NCBI GenBank assembly: GCA_037146935.1
Contig: JBAWWD010000019.1
Coordinates: forward strand, 4,453 to 68,452
DNA: 64,000 bases
Source: Burkholderiales bacterium
Lineage (GTDB): Bacteria; Pseudomonadota; Gammaproteobacteria; Burkholderiales; Burkholderiaceae_E
Reading direction: 5' to 3'
How positions within the stretch are numbered: position 1 is the first letter of the stretch; each line of letters starts with the position of its first letter. Of this stretch, positions 20,813 through 32,128 are shown one piece after another. The translations under genes were made by a program, and so were the position numbers. The notes under the pieces were generated by a model, which searched no databases, was not told the origin of the DNA, and saw nothing but the letters and a program-made list of their open reading frames with translations.

Positions 20813-21909
20813 GAGGAGGCCCTGGGATAGGAACCGGCGAGCTTGAAGAAGGCCGCGTTGCGGCGCAGTTCGGCCAGCGCCGGCGCCACCTGCGGATCCT
20901 GCTCGTGGCCGATCAGGTCGAGATAGAAGAAGTATTCCCAGTTGCCCTGGCGGGCAGGGCGCGACTCGAAGCGCTTCATCGACACGCCATGGCGGGCCAG
21001 CGGTTCGATGAGGGCATGCACCGCGCCCGCACGGTCGGGCACCGAGAGGATGAGCGTGGTCTGGTCGGCCCCACTGGGCGTGCACTCATGCCGGCCGATC
21101 ACCAGGAAACGGGTGCGATTGTGGGGATCGTCCTGGATGCCCCGCGCGGCCGGCATCAGGCCATAACGCGCGCCCGCTGACTCAGCCGCGATGGCCGCGG
21201 TGCCCGCCTCTGCGCCCGCAAGCCGCGCGCCCTCGGCGTTGGACGACACCGGCACGCGGGCCAGCCCCGGCGCGTTGCGATCGAGCCAGCCCTGACACTG
21301 CGCCAGCGCCTGAGGATGGGCACACACGCGGGTGATGCCCTCAAGCGAGCCCGAGACGGTGAGCAGGCTGTGATGAATGGGCAGGGTGACCTCCCCGCAG
21401 ATGCGCAGCGAGGTGTGCAGCAGCAGGTCGAGCGAGCGGTTGACCGCGCCCTCGGAGGAATTCTCGACCGGCACGATGCCGAAGTCGGTGCCCTGCGCCT
21501 CGGTCAGGCGGAACACCTCGTCGATGCTCGGGCAGGCCACCGGCTCGACGCCGTGGCCGAACTGACGCAGCAGCGCCTGCTCGCTGTAGGTGCCGGCCGG
21601 GCCGAGGAAGGCCACCCGCATGCGGCGCTCGAGCTCGCGACAGGCCGACATGACCTCGCGCTGGATGGCCTCGATGGCATCACCCCCGAGCGGGCCGGGG
21701 TTGCGCTCGCGCAGCCGCGCGACCACCTGCGCCTCGCGCTCGGGGCGATAGACCGGCGCATCGGTGAGCTTCTTGACCTCGCCCACCGCCATGGCCAGGC
21801 GGGCACGGCGATTGAGCAGATCGAGCAGTTGCGCATCGACCTCGTCGATGCGCACGCGCAGCTCGGCGAGCTGGCGGTCGGGGGGCAGAGCGGAGGGCGC
21901 GTCGGACAT
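20809..21909 (-). CDS. pheA: Bifunctional chorismate mutase / prephenate dehydratase
   Basis: The CM domain is LAELRVRIDEVDAQLLDLLNRRARLAMAVGEVK. The PDT domain is RVAFLGPAGTYSEQA...TRFLVIG. The ACT domain is ESRPARQGNWEYFFYLD. Confidence 0.95.
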   Translation of the reverse strand: MSDAPSALPPDRQLAELRVRIDEVDAQLLDLLNRRARLAMAVGEVKKLTDAPVYRPEREAQVVARLRERNPGPLGGDAIEAIQREVMSACRELERRMRVAFLGPAGTYSEQALLRQFGHGVEPVACPSIDEVFRLTEAQGTDFGIVPVENSSEGAVNRSLDLLLHTSLRICGEVTLPIHHSLLTVSGSLEGITRVCAHPQALAQCQGWLDRNAPGLARVPVSSNAEGARLAGAEAGTAAIAAESAGARYGLMPAARGIQDDPHNRTRFLVIGRHECTPSGADQTTLILSVPDRAGAVHALIEPLARHGVSMKRFESRPARQGNWEYFFYLDLIGHEQDPQVAPALAELRRNAAFFKLAGSYPRASS

Positions 21910-21957
21910 GGCCTGGATGGTAGCAATCGGCGGGCGGTGCTTGACCGGACGCCCGGG

Positions 21958-24606
<2,649 letters not shown>

Positions 24607-24757
24607 GCTCGGCGGGTGCAAGGCAGGCCGCAGCGCGCGCCAGGACGGCGCGAACCGCGCGACAGGCCGGTGGGAGAATGCGGTAAAGCCTTGAATTGTA
24701 ACTTATTAGGGCTCCGAGCCCCGCCACTCGGGGAGCGGCTGTGCTTTACTCCCGGCC

Positions 24758-26104
24758 ATGGAACTGATCATCCCGAGGTGGGTCGCACCGGTGGTGCCCG
24801 ACGGCGTGGTCCTGAGCGAGCACGCGGTGGCGCTCGAACACGGCCGGATCGTCGCCCTGACGCCCGCGGCGCAGGCGCGTCAGGCCTGGCCCGAGGCCGT
24901 GGTCACCGAACTGCCCGACCACCTGCTCGTGCCCGGCTTCGTCAACCTGCACACCCACGCGCCGATGAGCCTGCTGCGCGGCGCCGGCGACGACATGCCC
25001 CTGCAGGCCTGGCTGCGCGAGCGGATCTGGCCCCTGGAGGCGAAGCTGCTCGGCCCCGAGTTCGTGGCCGACGGCACGGTGCTGGCGTGCGCCGAGATGC
25101 TGATGGGCGGCATCACCTGCTTCAACGACATGTACTTCCACCCCGAGGAAGTCGCGACCGCCGCGCTCGACATGGGCATGCGCGCCGCGGTGGGCATCAT
25201 CGTCGTCGAGTTCCCGTCTTCCTACGGCAGCGGCCCGGCCGACTACATCCGCAAGGGGCTCGAGATGCGCGACCACCTGCGCGACGAGCCGCGGCTGAGC
25301 TTCACGCTGTCGCCGCACGCGCCCTACACCGTGTCCGACGACAGCCTGCGCCGGGTGGCCAGCCTCGCCGCCGAACTCGGCCTGCCCATCCAGTGCCATG
25401 TGCACGAGACCGCCGGCGAGATCGGCGACAGCCTGGCCGAGCATCGGTGCCGGCCCTTGCAGCGACTGGCCGACCTCGGCCTGCTCGGGCCGGAATTCAT
25501 CGCGATCCACGCCGTGCACCTGGACGATGCCGACATCGCCCTGCTCGCCCGGCATGGCGCCAGCGTGGCCCATTGCCCGCACAGCAACCTCAAGCTGGCC
25601 AGCGGCATCGCGCCCACCACCCGCCTGATCGCCGCGGGGGTCAACCTGGGTGTGGGCACCGACGGCGCGGCCAGCAACAACCGGCTCGACCTGCTCTCCG
25701 AGGCGCGCACCGCGTCGCTGCTGGCCAAGGGCAGCAGCGGCGACGCCACCGCCTGGTCGGCCCACCAGACCCTGCACGCCATGACGCTCGGCGGCGCGCG
25801 CGCGCTCGGGCTGGGCGCGCGCATCGGCAGCATCGAGCCGGGCAAGCAGGCCGATCTCACCGCGATCGATCTCGCCGATCCGCTCTCGCAACCGGTCTTC
25901 GACCCGGTCGCCCACCTCATCCACGCGGCCGGCCGTGAACAGGTCACCCATGTCTGGGTCGGCGGGCAGGCTGTTGTCCGAGCGCGACAACTCCAGTCTG
26001 AGCGTGCTCAGCTTCGCCTTGCCGAAATGCGAGCCCGCGGACGCCTGTGGCACAATCGCGTGGTCGATACCCTGCCGGCCGGTGTGCGCCATTCTGGCGG
26101 CTGA
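24758..26104 (+). CDS. TRZ/ATZ-family amidohydrolase, probably 5-methylthioadenosine/S-adenosylhomocysteine deaminase-like
   Basis: 448 aa with the metal-binding motifs PGFVNLHTHAPMS, IQCHVHET, AVHL and GTDGAASNN. The gyrA / ompA-family / ubiG neighbourhood is typical of Burkholderiales. Confidence 0.8.
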   Translation: MELIIPRWVAPVVPDGVVLSEHAVALEHGRIVALTPAAQARQAWPEAVVTELPDHLLVPGFVNLHTHAPMSLLRGAGDDMPLQAWLRERIWPLEAKLLGPEFVADGTVLACAEMLMGGITCFNDMYFHPEEVATAALDMGMRAAVGIIVVEFPSSYGSGPADYIRKGLEMRDHLRDEPRLSFTLSPHAPYTVSDDSLRRVASLAAELGLPIQCHVHETAGEIGDSLAEHRCRPLQRLADLGLLGPEFIAIHAVHLDDADIALLARHGASVAHCPHSNLKLASGIAPTTRLIAAGVNLGVGTDGAASNNRLDLLSEARTASLLAKGSSGDATAWSAHQTLHAMTLGGARALGLGARIGSIEPGKQADLTAIDLADPLSQPVFDPVAHLIHAAGREQVTHVWVGGQAVVRARQLQSERAQLRLAEMRARGRLWHNRVVDTLPAGVRHSGG

Positions 26105-26150
26105 TTCGTGCCGCTGGCGCCCTGTCACGGAACCTACCGAGAGGAGAAAC

Positions 26151-26861
26151 ATGAACAAACCGGTCCAAATCGCTGCCCTGGTTGCCGCAGCACTCCTGGC
26201 GTCCACCGCCGCCCACGCGCAGAAAGCCAACCCGCAGAACAGCGGCTACGTGCTCAGCCCCGACGCTTCCGTCGTCAAGAACTCCACCGGCCTGTGCTGG
26301 CGCACCGGCTACTTCACGCCCGCCAACGCCATCGCCGGTTGCGATGACGATCTCCTGCCCAAGGCCGCCCCGGCCCCGGCGCCGAGCCCCATGGCCCCGC
26401 CCCCGGTGGCCCCGCCGGCCCCGCGTCAGGTGATCGTGCCCCCGCCCCCCCCGCCCCCGGCCCCGGCCCCGGCCCCCGCGCCGGCCCCGGCTGCGCCGAC
26501 CAGCGAGAAGGTCACCTTCGCGGCTGACGCCTTCTTCGACTTCGACAAGTCGGTCCTCAAGCCCGAGGGCAAGGCCAAGCTCGACGACCTCACCGGCAAG
26601 CTCAAGGACATCACCCTCGAGGTGATCATCGCCGTGGGCCACACCGACGCCGTCGGCTCTGATGCCTACAACCAGAAGCTGTCGGTCAAGCGCGCCGAGG
26701 CCGTCAAGGGCTACCTGGTGAGCAAGGGCGTCGAGGCCAACCGCGTCTACACCGAGGGCAAGGGCGAGAAGCAGCCCACCGCCGACAACAAGACCACCGA
26801 AGGCCGCGCCAAGAACCGTCGCGTGGAAATCGAAGTGGTCGGCACCCGTCCCAAGAAGTAA
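26151..26861 (+). CDS. OmpA-family outer-membrane / peptidoglycan-associated protein
   Basis: The ATG at 26151 has an upstream GAGGAGA. The signal peptide is MNKPVQIAALVAAALLASTAAHA. A Pro/Ala-rich linker (nt 26358..26501) precedes an OmpA_C domain (FDFDKSVLKPEG...GHTDAVGSDAYNQKLSVKRAEAV...NRRVEIEV). Confidence 0.9.
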   Translation: MNKPVQIAALVAAALLASTAAHAQKANPQNSGYVLSPDASVVKNSTGLCWRTGYFTPANAIAGCDDDLLPKAAPAPAPSPMAPPPVAPPAPRQVIVPPPPPPPAPAPAPAPAPAAPTSEKVTFAADAFFDFDKSVLKPEGKAKLDDLTGKLKDITLEVIIAVGHTDAVGSDAYNQKLSVKRAEAVKGYLVSKGVEANRVYTEGKGEKQPTADNKTTEGRAKNRRVEIEVVGTRPKK

Positions 26862-26878
26862 TCGGGTCCACGCCGGCA

Positions 26879-26907
26879 AAAGCCCCGCTTCGGCGGGGCT
26901 TTTTCTT
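26879..26907 (+). terminator. Rho-independent terminator after the ompA-family gene
   Basis: aaaagccccgc-ttcg-gcggggctttt, a perfect 11-bp stem followed by a T-run. Confidence 0.8.
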
Positions 26908-26951
26908 GGCGTCGACCAGGCCGAGCGGCGGCTGCCGATAGAATCGTACCC

Positions 26952-27692
26952 ATGACCGCAACCGCCACACCAAACACGCCCGGGCTCAATGCCGACGCCG
27001 CAGAACTCGCCAAGTTCCAGGCGCTGGCCACGCGCTGGTGGGATCCCAGCTCGGAATTCCGACCGCTCCACGAGATCAATCCGCTGCGGCTCGACTGGAT
27101 CGATCGGCTCGCCGGCCTGAATGGCAGCGCGGCGCTCGATGTCGGTTGCGGCGGGGGCATCCTGGCCGAGTCCATGGCCACGCGAGGTGCTCGCGTCACC
27201 GGCATCGATCTCGCCGACAAGCCCCTGCGGGTGGCCGAGCTGCACGGCCTGGAAAGCGGGGTGTCGGTGAACTACCGCCGGGTGGCCGCAGAGGCTCTCG
27301 CTGCCGAGCAGCCGGGCGGCTTCGACGTGGTCACCTGCATGGAGATGCTCGAGCACGTGCCCGACCCCGCCTCCACGGTGCGTGCCTGCGCCACGCTGGT
27401 CCGGCCGGGCGGCTGGGTGTTCATGTCGACCATCAGCCGCAACCCCAAGGCCTTCCTGTTCGCGATCGTGGGGGCCGAATACGTGCTCGGACTGTTGCCC
27501 AAGGGCACCCATGAGTACGGGAAGTTCCTGCGGCCAGCCGAACTGGTGGGGTTCGCCCGCCAGGCAGGGCTTGACCTCATCGAGATGACTGGGCTCACCT
27601 ACAACCCCATCACCCGGCGCTACCGGCTGGTGGCTGACGATGTCTCGGTGAACTACCTCGTGGCCTTTCGCAAGCCGCACGTGGCGGGTTGA
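26952..27692 (+). CDS. ubiG: Bifunctional 3-demethylubiquinol 3-O-methyltransferase
   Basis: It has [33 protein letters not shown], the SAM motif [15 protein letters not shown], and [10 protein letters not shown]. Confidence 0.95.
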   Translation: MTATATPNTPGLNADAAELAKFQALATRWWDPSSEFRPLHEINPLRLDWIDRLAGLNGSAALDVGCGGGILAESMATRGARVTGIDLADKPLRVAELHGLESGVSVNYRRVAAEALAAEQPGGFDVVTCMEMLEHVPDPASTVRACATLVRPGGWVFMSTISRNPKAFLFAIVGAEYVLGLLPKGTHEYGKFLRPAELVGFARQAGLDLIEMTGLTYNPITRRYRLVADDVSVNYLVAFRKPHVAG

Positions 27693-27696
27693 GGCC

Positions 27697-28392
27697 ATGA
27701 CATCCGCCCGCGTGACCGACTCCGCCCGCCTTCCGTTCACGCCCACCGCGGTCTTCTTCGACCTCGACGGCACGCTGGCCGACACCGCGGCAGACCTTGC
27801 CGCGCCGGTCAATGCCATGCGTGTCGAGCGCGGCCTCGCCCCGCTGCCGCTGGCCGCGCTGCGGCCCTTCGCCTCCATGGGCGCGCGTGGCCTGATCGGA
27901 CGCGGTCTGGGCATCGCGCCGCAGGATCCGGGCTATGAAGCCCTGCGGCTCGACTTCCTGGCCCGCTACGAGGCCGCCATGTGCGTGCACACCTGCCTGT
28001 TCGAGGGCATGGCGGAACTGCTCTCGGGTCTGGAGGAGCGCGGCATCGTCTGGGGCGTGGTGAGCAACAAGGTCGAGCGCTATGTGCGCCCCATCCTCGC
28101 CGAACTGGGCCTGCTGCATCGTTGCGCCGGCGCGATCGGGGGTGACACCACCGCCCATGCCAAGCCCCACCCCGAGCCGCTGCTGCACGCGGCCAGGCTC
28201 GCCCGTGTCGAACCGGCGCTCAGCGTCTATGTGGGCGATGACCATCGTGATGTGCTGGCGGGCAAGGCCGCCGGCATGCACACGGTGGCAGCTGCCTACG
28301 GCTACTGCGGCGACGAGCCGCCGCCACCGCAGTGGGGCGCCGATCACCTGGTGCTGGCCCCACGCGACCTCATCCCCCTGCTGATCACCTGA
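27697..28392 (+). CDS. gph: Phosphoglycolate phosphatase (HAD superfamily)
   Basis: It has AVFFDLDGTLADT, VVSNK and YVGDDHRDVLAGKAAGM. It lies directly after ubiG, the usual arrangement. Confidence 0.85.
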   Translation: MTSARVTDSARLPFTPTAVFFDLDGTLADTAADLAAPVNAMRVERGLAPLPLAALRPFASMGARGLIGRGLGIAPQDPGYEALRLDFLARYEAAMCVHTCLFEGMAELLSGLEERGIVWGVVSNKVERYVRPILAELGLLHRCAGAIGGDTTAHAKPHPEPLLHAARLARVEPALSVYVGDDHRDVLAGKAAGMHTVAAAYGYCGDEPPPPQWGADHLVLAPRDLIPLLIT

Positions 28393-28444
28393 CACCCATC
28401 GGCGGGCCCCATCCAGGAGCCGCCCAGAAAGACGGAGACCGACC

Positions 28445-29512
28445 ATGACCCGCACGCGCCCGATGCAAGCGTCCCTGGCCCCTGCCGAGCCCACGCCGCC
28501 CCACCCGGGCTCGCCGCTGACGGCCGCGCGCGAGGCAGCGCCGATCAGCGCCGCCGGGCGTCGCCACGTGCTCCAGATGGGCCTCGCTGCCGCTGCCTTC
28601 GCGGGCTGCCCGCTGAGCGCATCGGCCCAGATCGATACGCTCAAGGTGATGATCGGCGCCAACCCCGGCGGCGGCTTCGACCAGACCGGCCGCTCGCTGG
28701 CCGCCGCCATGATCGCCGCGGGCACGGCCCGTTCGGCGGTGTTCGAGAACCGGGGCGGCGCCGGCGGCACGATCGGCCTCGCGCAGTTCGTGAACACCGA
28801 GCGCGGCAACCCCTCGGCCCTGCTGGTCACCGGCGCGGTGATGGTCGGCGCCATCGAGACAGGCAAGCCGCCGATCACGCTGAAGAACGCCACGCCGATC
28901 GCCCGCCTGTTCGCCGACACCCTGGTCCTGGTCGTCCCGGCCAGTTCACCCCTGCAAAACCTGAAGGACCTCACCGACCGACTCAAGGCCAACCCCGGCT
29001 CGGTGTCCTGGGGTGGCGGCTCGCGCGGCTCGGTCGACCACATCCTGGCGGGTCTCATCGCGAAGGATGTCGGCGTCGAACCGCAGAAGGTGAACTACGT
29101 GGCCTTCGCCGGCGGCGGCGAAGCCAAGGCGGCGATCCTGGGAGGCCACGTCACGGTGGGCCTGGCCGGGGTCTCGGAGTTTGCGGCCGACATCGAAGCC
29201 GGGCGCATGCGGGCGCTGGGCATCTCCTCGAGCTTCCGGCTGCGCAAGCTCCCCACGCTGATCGAGCAGGGCGTCAACGTCGAGATCTACAACTGGCGCG
29301 GGGTCTATGGCGCGCCCGGCATCAGCGCCGAGCAGCGCAAGGCCCTGATCGACGCGGTGGTGAAGGCCACCGAGCACCCCAGCTGGAAGGAGACCCTCAA
29401 GCGCAATGACTGGGGCGCGTTCCTGCTCACCGGCGACGAGTTCGGCCGCTATGCGGACGCCGAGTCGGTCAGACTCGGCGCCATGCTTCGCGAAGTGGGC
29501 GTCGCACGCTGA
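28445..29512 (+). CDS. Bug/TctC-family tripartite tricarboxylate transporter substrate-binding protein
   Basis: It has a Tat-like RRHVLQMGLAAAAFAG, GANPGGGFDQTGRSLA, VENRGGAGGTIG and WRGVYGAPGIS. The exact start is uncertain. Confidence 0.85.
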   Translation: MTRTRPMQASLAPAEPTPPHPGSPLTAAREAAPISAAGRRHVLQMGLAAAAFAGCPLSASAQIDTLKVMIGANPGGGFDQTGRSLAAAMIAAGTARSAVFENRGGAGGTIGLAQFVNTERGNPSALLVTGAVMVGAIETGKPPITLKNATPIARLFADTLVLVVPASSPLQNLKDLTDRLKANPGSVSWGGGSRGSVDHILAGLIAKDVGVEPQKVNYVAFAGGGEAKAAILGGHVTVGLAGVSEFAADIEAGRMRALGISSSFRLRKLPTLIEQGVNVEIYNWRGVYGAPGISAEQRKALIDAVVKATEHPSWKETLKRNDWGAFLLTGDEFGRYADAESVRLGAMLREVGVAR

Positions 29513-29674
29513 GCGCGCCCTGATTGCGGGGCGACTCAGCGCCGCTCAGGGCCCTTGCCCTCAACCGAGCATGAGGCCGCCGTTTCCGGAATCGCCCCGC
29601 AAACGGTTGACCGGCCCGCGCGCGCAGGTGCCTATACTGGCCCGCTTCGCCAACGCCCCTGAAGGGAGACACCC

Positions 29675-30001
29675 GTGATCCACGAACTGCGCATCTACCA
29701 CTGCGTTCCCGGCCGCCTGCCCGATCTGAACAAGCGCTTCGACACCATCACCCTGAAGCTGTGGGAAAAGCACGGCATCCGGCCGGTGGCCTTCTGGACC
29801 ACGGTCATTGGCGAGAACAACAATGTCCTCACCTACCTGCTGGCCTGGGAAAGCCTCGCCGAGCGCGAGCAGAAGTGGGCGGCCTTCGCCACCGACCCGA
29901 ACTGGCTGTCGGCGCGCGCCGAGACCGAGAAGAACGGGCCGCTGATCACCCACTTCAGCAACTCCATCCTGCAGCCGACCGCCTACTCGCCGATGAAGTG
30001 A
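29675..30001 (+). CDS. NIPSNAP-family protein
   Basis: 108 aa with a GTG start preceded by GAAGGGAGA. It has IHELRIYHCVPGRLPDLNKRF...YLLAWESLAEREQKWAAFATDPNW. Confidence 0.8.
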   Translation: MIHELRIYHCVPGRLPDLNKRFDTITLKLWEKHGIRPVAFWTTVIGENNNVLTYLLAWESLAEREQKWAAFATDPNWLSARAETEKNGPLITHFSNSILQPTAYSPMK

Positions 30002-30048
30002 GCGGCTGCGGCCCGGCGTGATGCAGCCGGGCCGTCAGGCAACGGGTG

Positions 30049-30534
30049 TCAGACCCCGCCCTTGGGATGGGTGGGATCCACCCAGAGCACGGTCTCGGGC
30101 TTTTCCACCGGCTCGATGTCCAGGTTCACGGCCACGGCCTGGCCGTCGCTGCGGCAGAGCACGCACTCGAGCACCTCGGTGGGGCTGGCATTGATCTCCT
30201 GGTGCGGCACGTAGGGCGGCACGTAGATGAAGTCACCCGGGCCCGCCTCGGCCACGTACTGCAGTTGATCGCCCCAGCGCATGCGCGCCTTGCCCTTCAC
30301 GATGTAGATCACGCTCTCGAGCGGGCCATGGTGATGGGCGCCCGTCTTGGCATCGGGGTGGATGTGCACGGTGCCGGCCCACAGCTTCTGAGCGCCCACG
30401 CGCGCGAAGTTGATCGCGGCCTTGCGGTCCATGCCGGGGGTCTGCGCGGTGTTGCCGTCGAGCTGGTTGCCGGGGATGACCCGCACGCCGTCGTGCTTCC
30501 AGTCGGTGGCCGGGTGGGTGTGGTCTGCGCTCAT
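30049..30534 (-). CDS. Cupin-domain protein
   Basis: It has GAHHHGPLESVIYIVKG...GDFIYVPPYVPHQEIN, the two-motif cupin signature. ORF trimmed to the ATG at 30534. Confidence 0.75.
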   Translation of the reverse strand: MSADHTHPATDWKHDGVRVIPGNQLDGNTAQTPGMDRKAAINFARVGAQKLWAGTVHIHPDAKTGAHHHGPLESVIYIVKGKARMRWGDQLQYVAEAGPGDFIYVPPYVPHQEINASPTEVLECVLCRSDGQAVAVNLDIEPVEKPETVLWVDPTHPKGGV

Positions 30535-30731
30535 GATCGGGGTCCGTGAGTTCGCCGGCTGACGCCGGCCCTGGCTCAAGGATAGTCCAAGTCACCCGGC
30601 CTCCCTGCGGCGCGCGGTCCGACCGGCGGTGGCCGGCGCCGGTCTTGAAATCGGCCGCGACGGCTATACTTCCCTGGAGTCACGGCCTCGTCCGCCGTGG
30701 CAGCTGACAGCAGCATCGCAACACGAACACC

Positions 30732-31107
30732 GGGGCCGACCTGGTTTCGACGTGGGTAGCGAAGCGGCTCAGGGCATGCCGAGGCGCCTTTTCCTCGTAA
30801 ATCCATTGGCAACACAGTAAACGCCAACGACGAGCGTTTCGCTCTCGCGGCTTAAACCCCGCGAGCGCCGCAACAGTCAGCCGACGGGCTGGGCCTGACC
30901 GGGCAACCGGAAGGGCTGCGGTGTAACTTCAGTCGGATAGCGGTCAGGCAGGGTCACTTTGCCCGATCGCGAAACTCTAGGTGACTGGGTGTGCGGTGGC
31001 CTGTCGATCGGCAAACCGCGCACCGAGACCCAAGTAGACCGACTACGCATGTAGAACTGACCGTAGAGGACTTGCGGACGCGGGTTCGATTCCCGCCGGC
31101 TCCACCA
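30732..31107 (+). ncRNA. ssrA: Transfer-messenger RNA (tmRNA, SsrA)
   Basis: The 5' end is GGGGCCGACCTGGTTTCGACG. The 3' end is a tRNA-Ala-like T-arm and acceptor, GGACGCGGGTTCGATTCCCGCCGGCTCCACCA. The internal tag reading frame at 30823..30855, gcc aac gac gag cgt ttc gct ctc gcg gct taa, encodes ANDERFALAA. Confidence 0.95.
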
Positions 31108-31114
31108 GTACCAA

Positions 31115-31147
31115 GGGCCCAGAGGCATCTCTGGGCCCTTTCCTTTT
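31115..31147. terminator. Rho-independent terminator after ssrA, possibly bidirectional
   Basis: gggcccagag-gcat-ctctggggccc-type 10-bp stem followed by tttcctttt. It lies between ssrA (+) and the convergent gene that ends at 31178 (-). Confidence 0.75.
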
Positions 31148-31177
31148 GGGCGATGCCCGAGCGGACCGACGCCGCCT

Positions 31178-31534
31178 TCAGCGCCCGAACAAGGCCTTCG
31201 TGTGGGCGGCGTCCACCTTGTCGCTGTGCTTGGAGACACGGCAGACCTTTTCCTTGGTCTTGCAGTCGACGCCATTGCTGAACGCGAACCAGGTGAGGTC
31301 GTAGTTTGCCGGTCCGCCGCCTTCCCTGATCCTCGCCATCATCGCGTCCTCGGCCTTCTGTCCAAGGTACTCCTTGGTGTAGCCAAGGGAGATGCCCTGT
31401 TCGTCAGCGCAGAACTGGGCCTTCTTGTCGCAGACGACGCCCGGACTCGGCGAGTACACGGAGCCCTTGAGCGGCGCGCTCATGGCCAGCGGAGAGGCAA
31501 GACAAAGGAATGCGATCAGGGGTAGTCGTTTCAT
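31178..31534 (-). CDS. Small secreted Cys-containing protein, possibly YcgJ / Fels-1-prophage-protein-like
   Basis: 118 aa with the signal peptide MKRLPLIAFLCLASPLAMSA. It has PSPGVVCDKKAQFCADEQGISLGYTKEYLG and four Cys. The family name is from memory only. Confidence 0.6.
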   Translation of the reverse strand: MKRLPLIAFLCLASPLAMSAPLKGSVYSPSPGVVCDKKAQFCADEQGISLGYTKEYLGQKAEDAMMARIREGGGPANYDLTWFAFSNGVDCKTKEKVCRVSKHSDKVDAAHTKALFGR

Positions 31535-31627
31535 GTTGCGATGGCTTCTCGGTGGGTGGAGGAAGGCGGTCGGGTTGGCGCGCGCGGTCTCAGGCGCTCA
31601 TTGGTCTGAAGCACATGCCGGCACGGG

Positions 31628-32014
31628 TCACTTGCACGCTGACAGCTCGAGATACTTCTCGCCGTCAGCGACAGAGAACGCGCGATCCTGCTTCGAGTAG
31701 ATGTACTGCTGTCCCTCGGGCGTGCTGGCCACACCTTGGGTATCGAGCCGGGGCGACGTGTACATGACGCCCTGGTACTTGAAGGTGAAGCCGCCTTCGA
31801 GGTGGTCCACCTTGACGCGCTGCGGGGTCATCTTCGTGCCGACCAGCATGCCGCCGGTGACTTGCCGCTTCTCGGTCAGGGTGCAGGTCAACGAGAAATT
31901 ACCGTTCTTCGCAGGTGCGGCATGGGCGGGAGCGCAGACCAGAGCAGCAAGCAGCAAGCAGCAAGCAGCAGGATCGAAGGCTTCATGGAGTTGGCAGCCG
32001 GTTGGGTTGTGCAT
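31628..32014 (-). CDS. Small secreted hypothetical protein with an ambiguous or frameshifted start
   Basis: The mature part after AHA|AP is ~95 aa with Cys near each end. In this frame the first ATG is at 32014. The better signal-peptide start (ATG 31986, MKPSILLLAACCLLL) is in another frame, separated by the heptamer tract. Confidence 0.5.
   Translation of the reverse strand: MHNPTGCQLHEAFDPAACCLLLAALVCAPAHAAPAKNGNFSLTCTLTEKRQVTGGMLVGTKMTPQRVKVDHLEGGFTFKYQGVMYTSPRLDTQGVASTPEGQQYIYSKQDRAFSVADGEKYLELSACK
31944..31971. repeat. Heptanucleotide tandem repeat: (GCAGCAA)x3 plus GCAGCAG (TTGCTGC on the coding strand)
   Basis: Read directly: gcagcaa gcagcaa gcagcaa gcagcag. It lies inside the signal-peptide coding region of the 31628..32014 gene. 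Confidence 0.85.
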
Positions 32015-32128
32015 TGGCCATGGACTGGGGTTGGCATTGAGCCAAGACGGGCATCGCCGGGCAAGGCTTGCCGCTGCTCGCACGTTGGAACGGTGAGTCC
32101 CATGATTCATCGGCCCCGGCCGCAGCAC

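Noticed and set aside
26358-26501. A CCGGCC-type repetitive stretch (ccggccccggccccggccccc...).
   Set aside because: It encodes the Pro/Ala-rich linker (..PPPPPPPAPAPAPAPAPAAP..) between the N-terminal part and the OmpA_C domain. This is a common feature of the family. It has no spacer/repeat periodicity suggesting a CRISPR array or a regulatory VNTR.
28445-29512. Orphan Bug/TctC-type binding proteins (a second one at 39669..40655) without tctA/tctB membrane components.
   Set aside because: Large expansions of orphan Bug proteins are a known trait of Burkholderiales genomes, so this is not unusual by itself.
30645-30670. TTGAAA and TATACT hexamers upstream of ssrA as its promoter. A similar pair, TTGACC/TATACT, lies at 29607..29638 upstream of the NIPSNAP gene.
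   Set aside because: The spacers are 14 nt and 20 nt respectively, outside the usual 16-18 nt for sigma-70 promoters. They are not reported as features.
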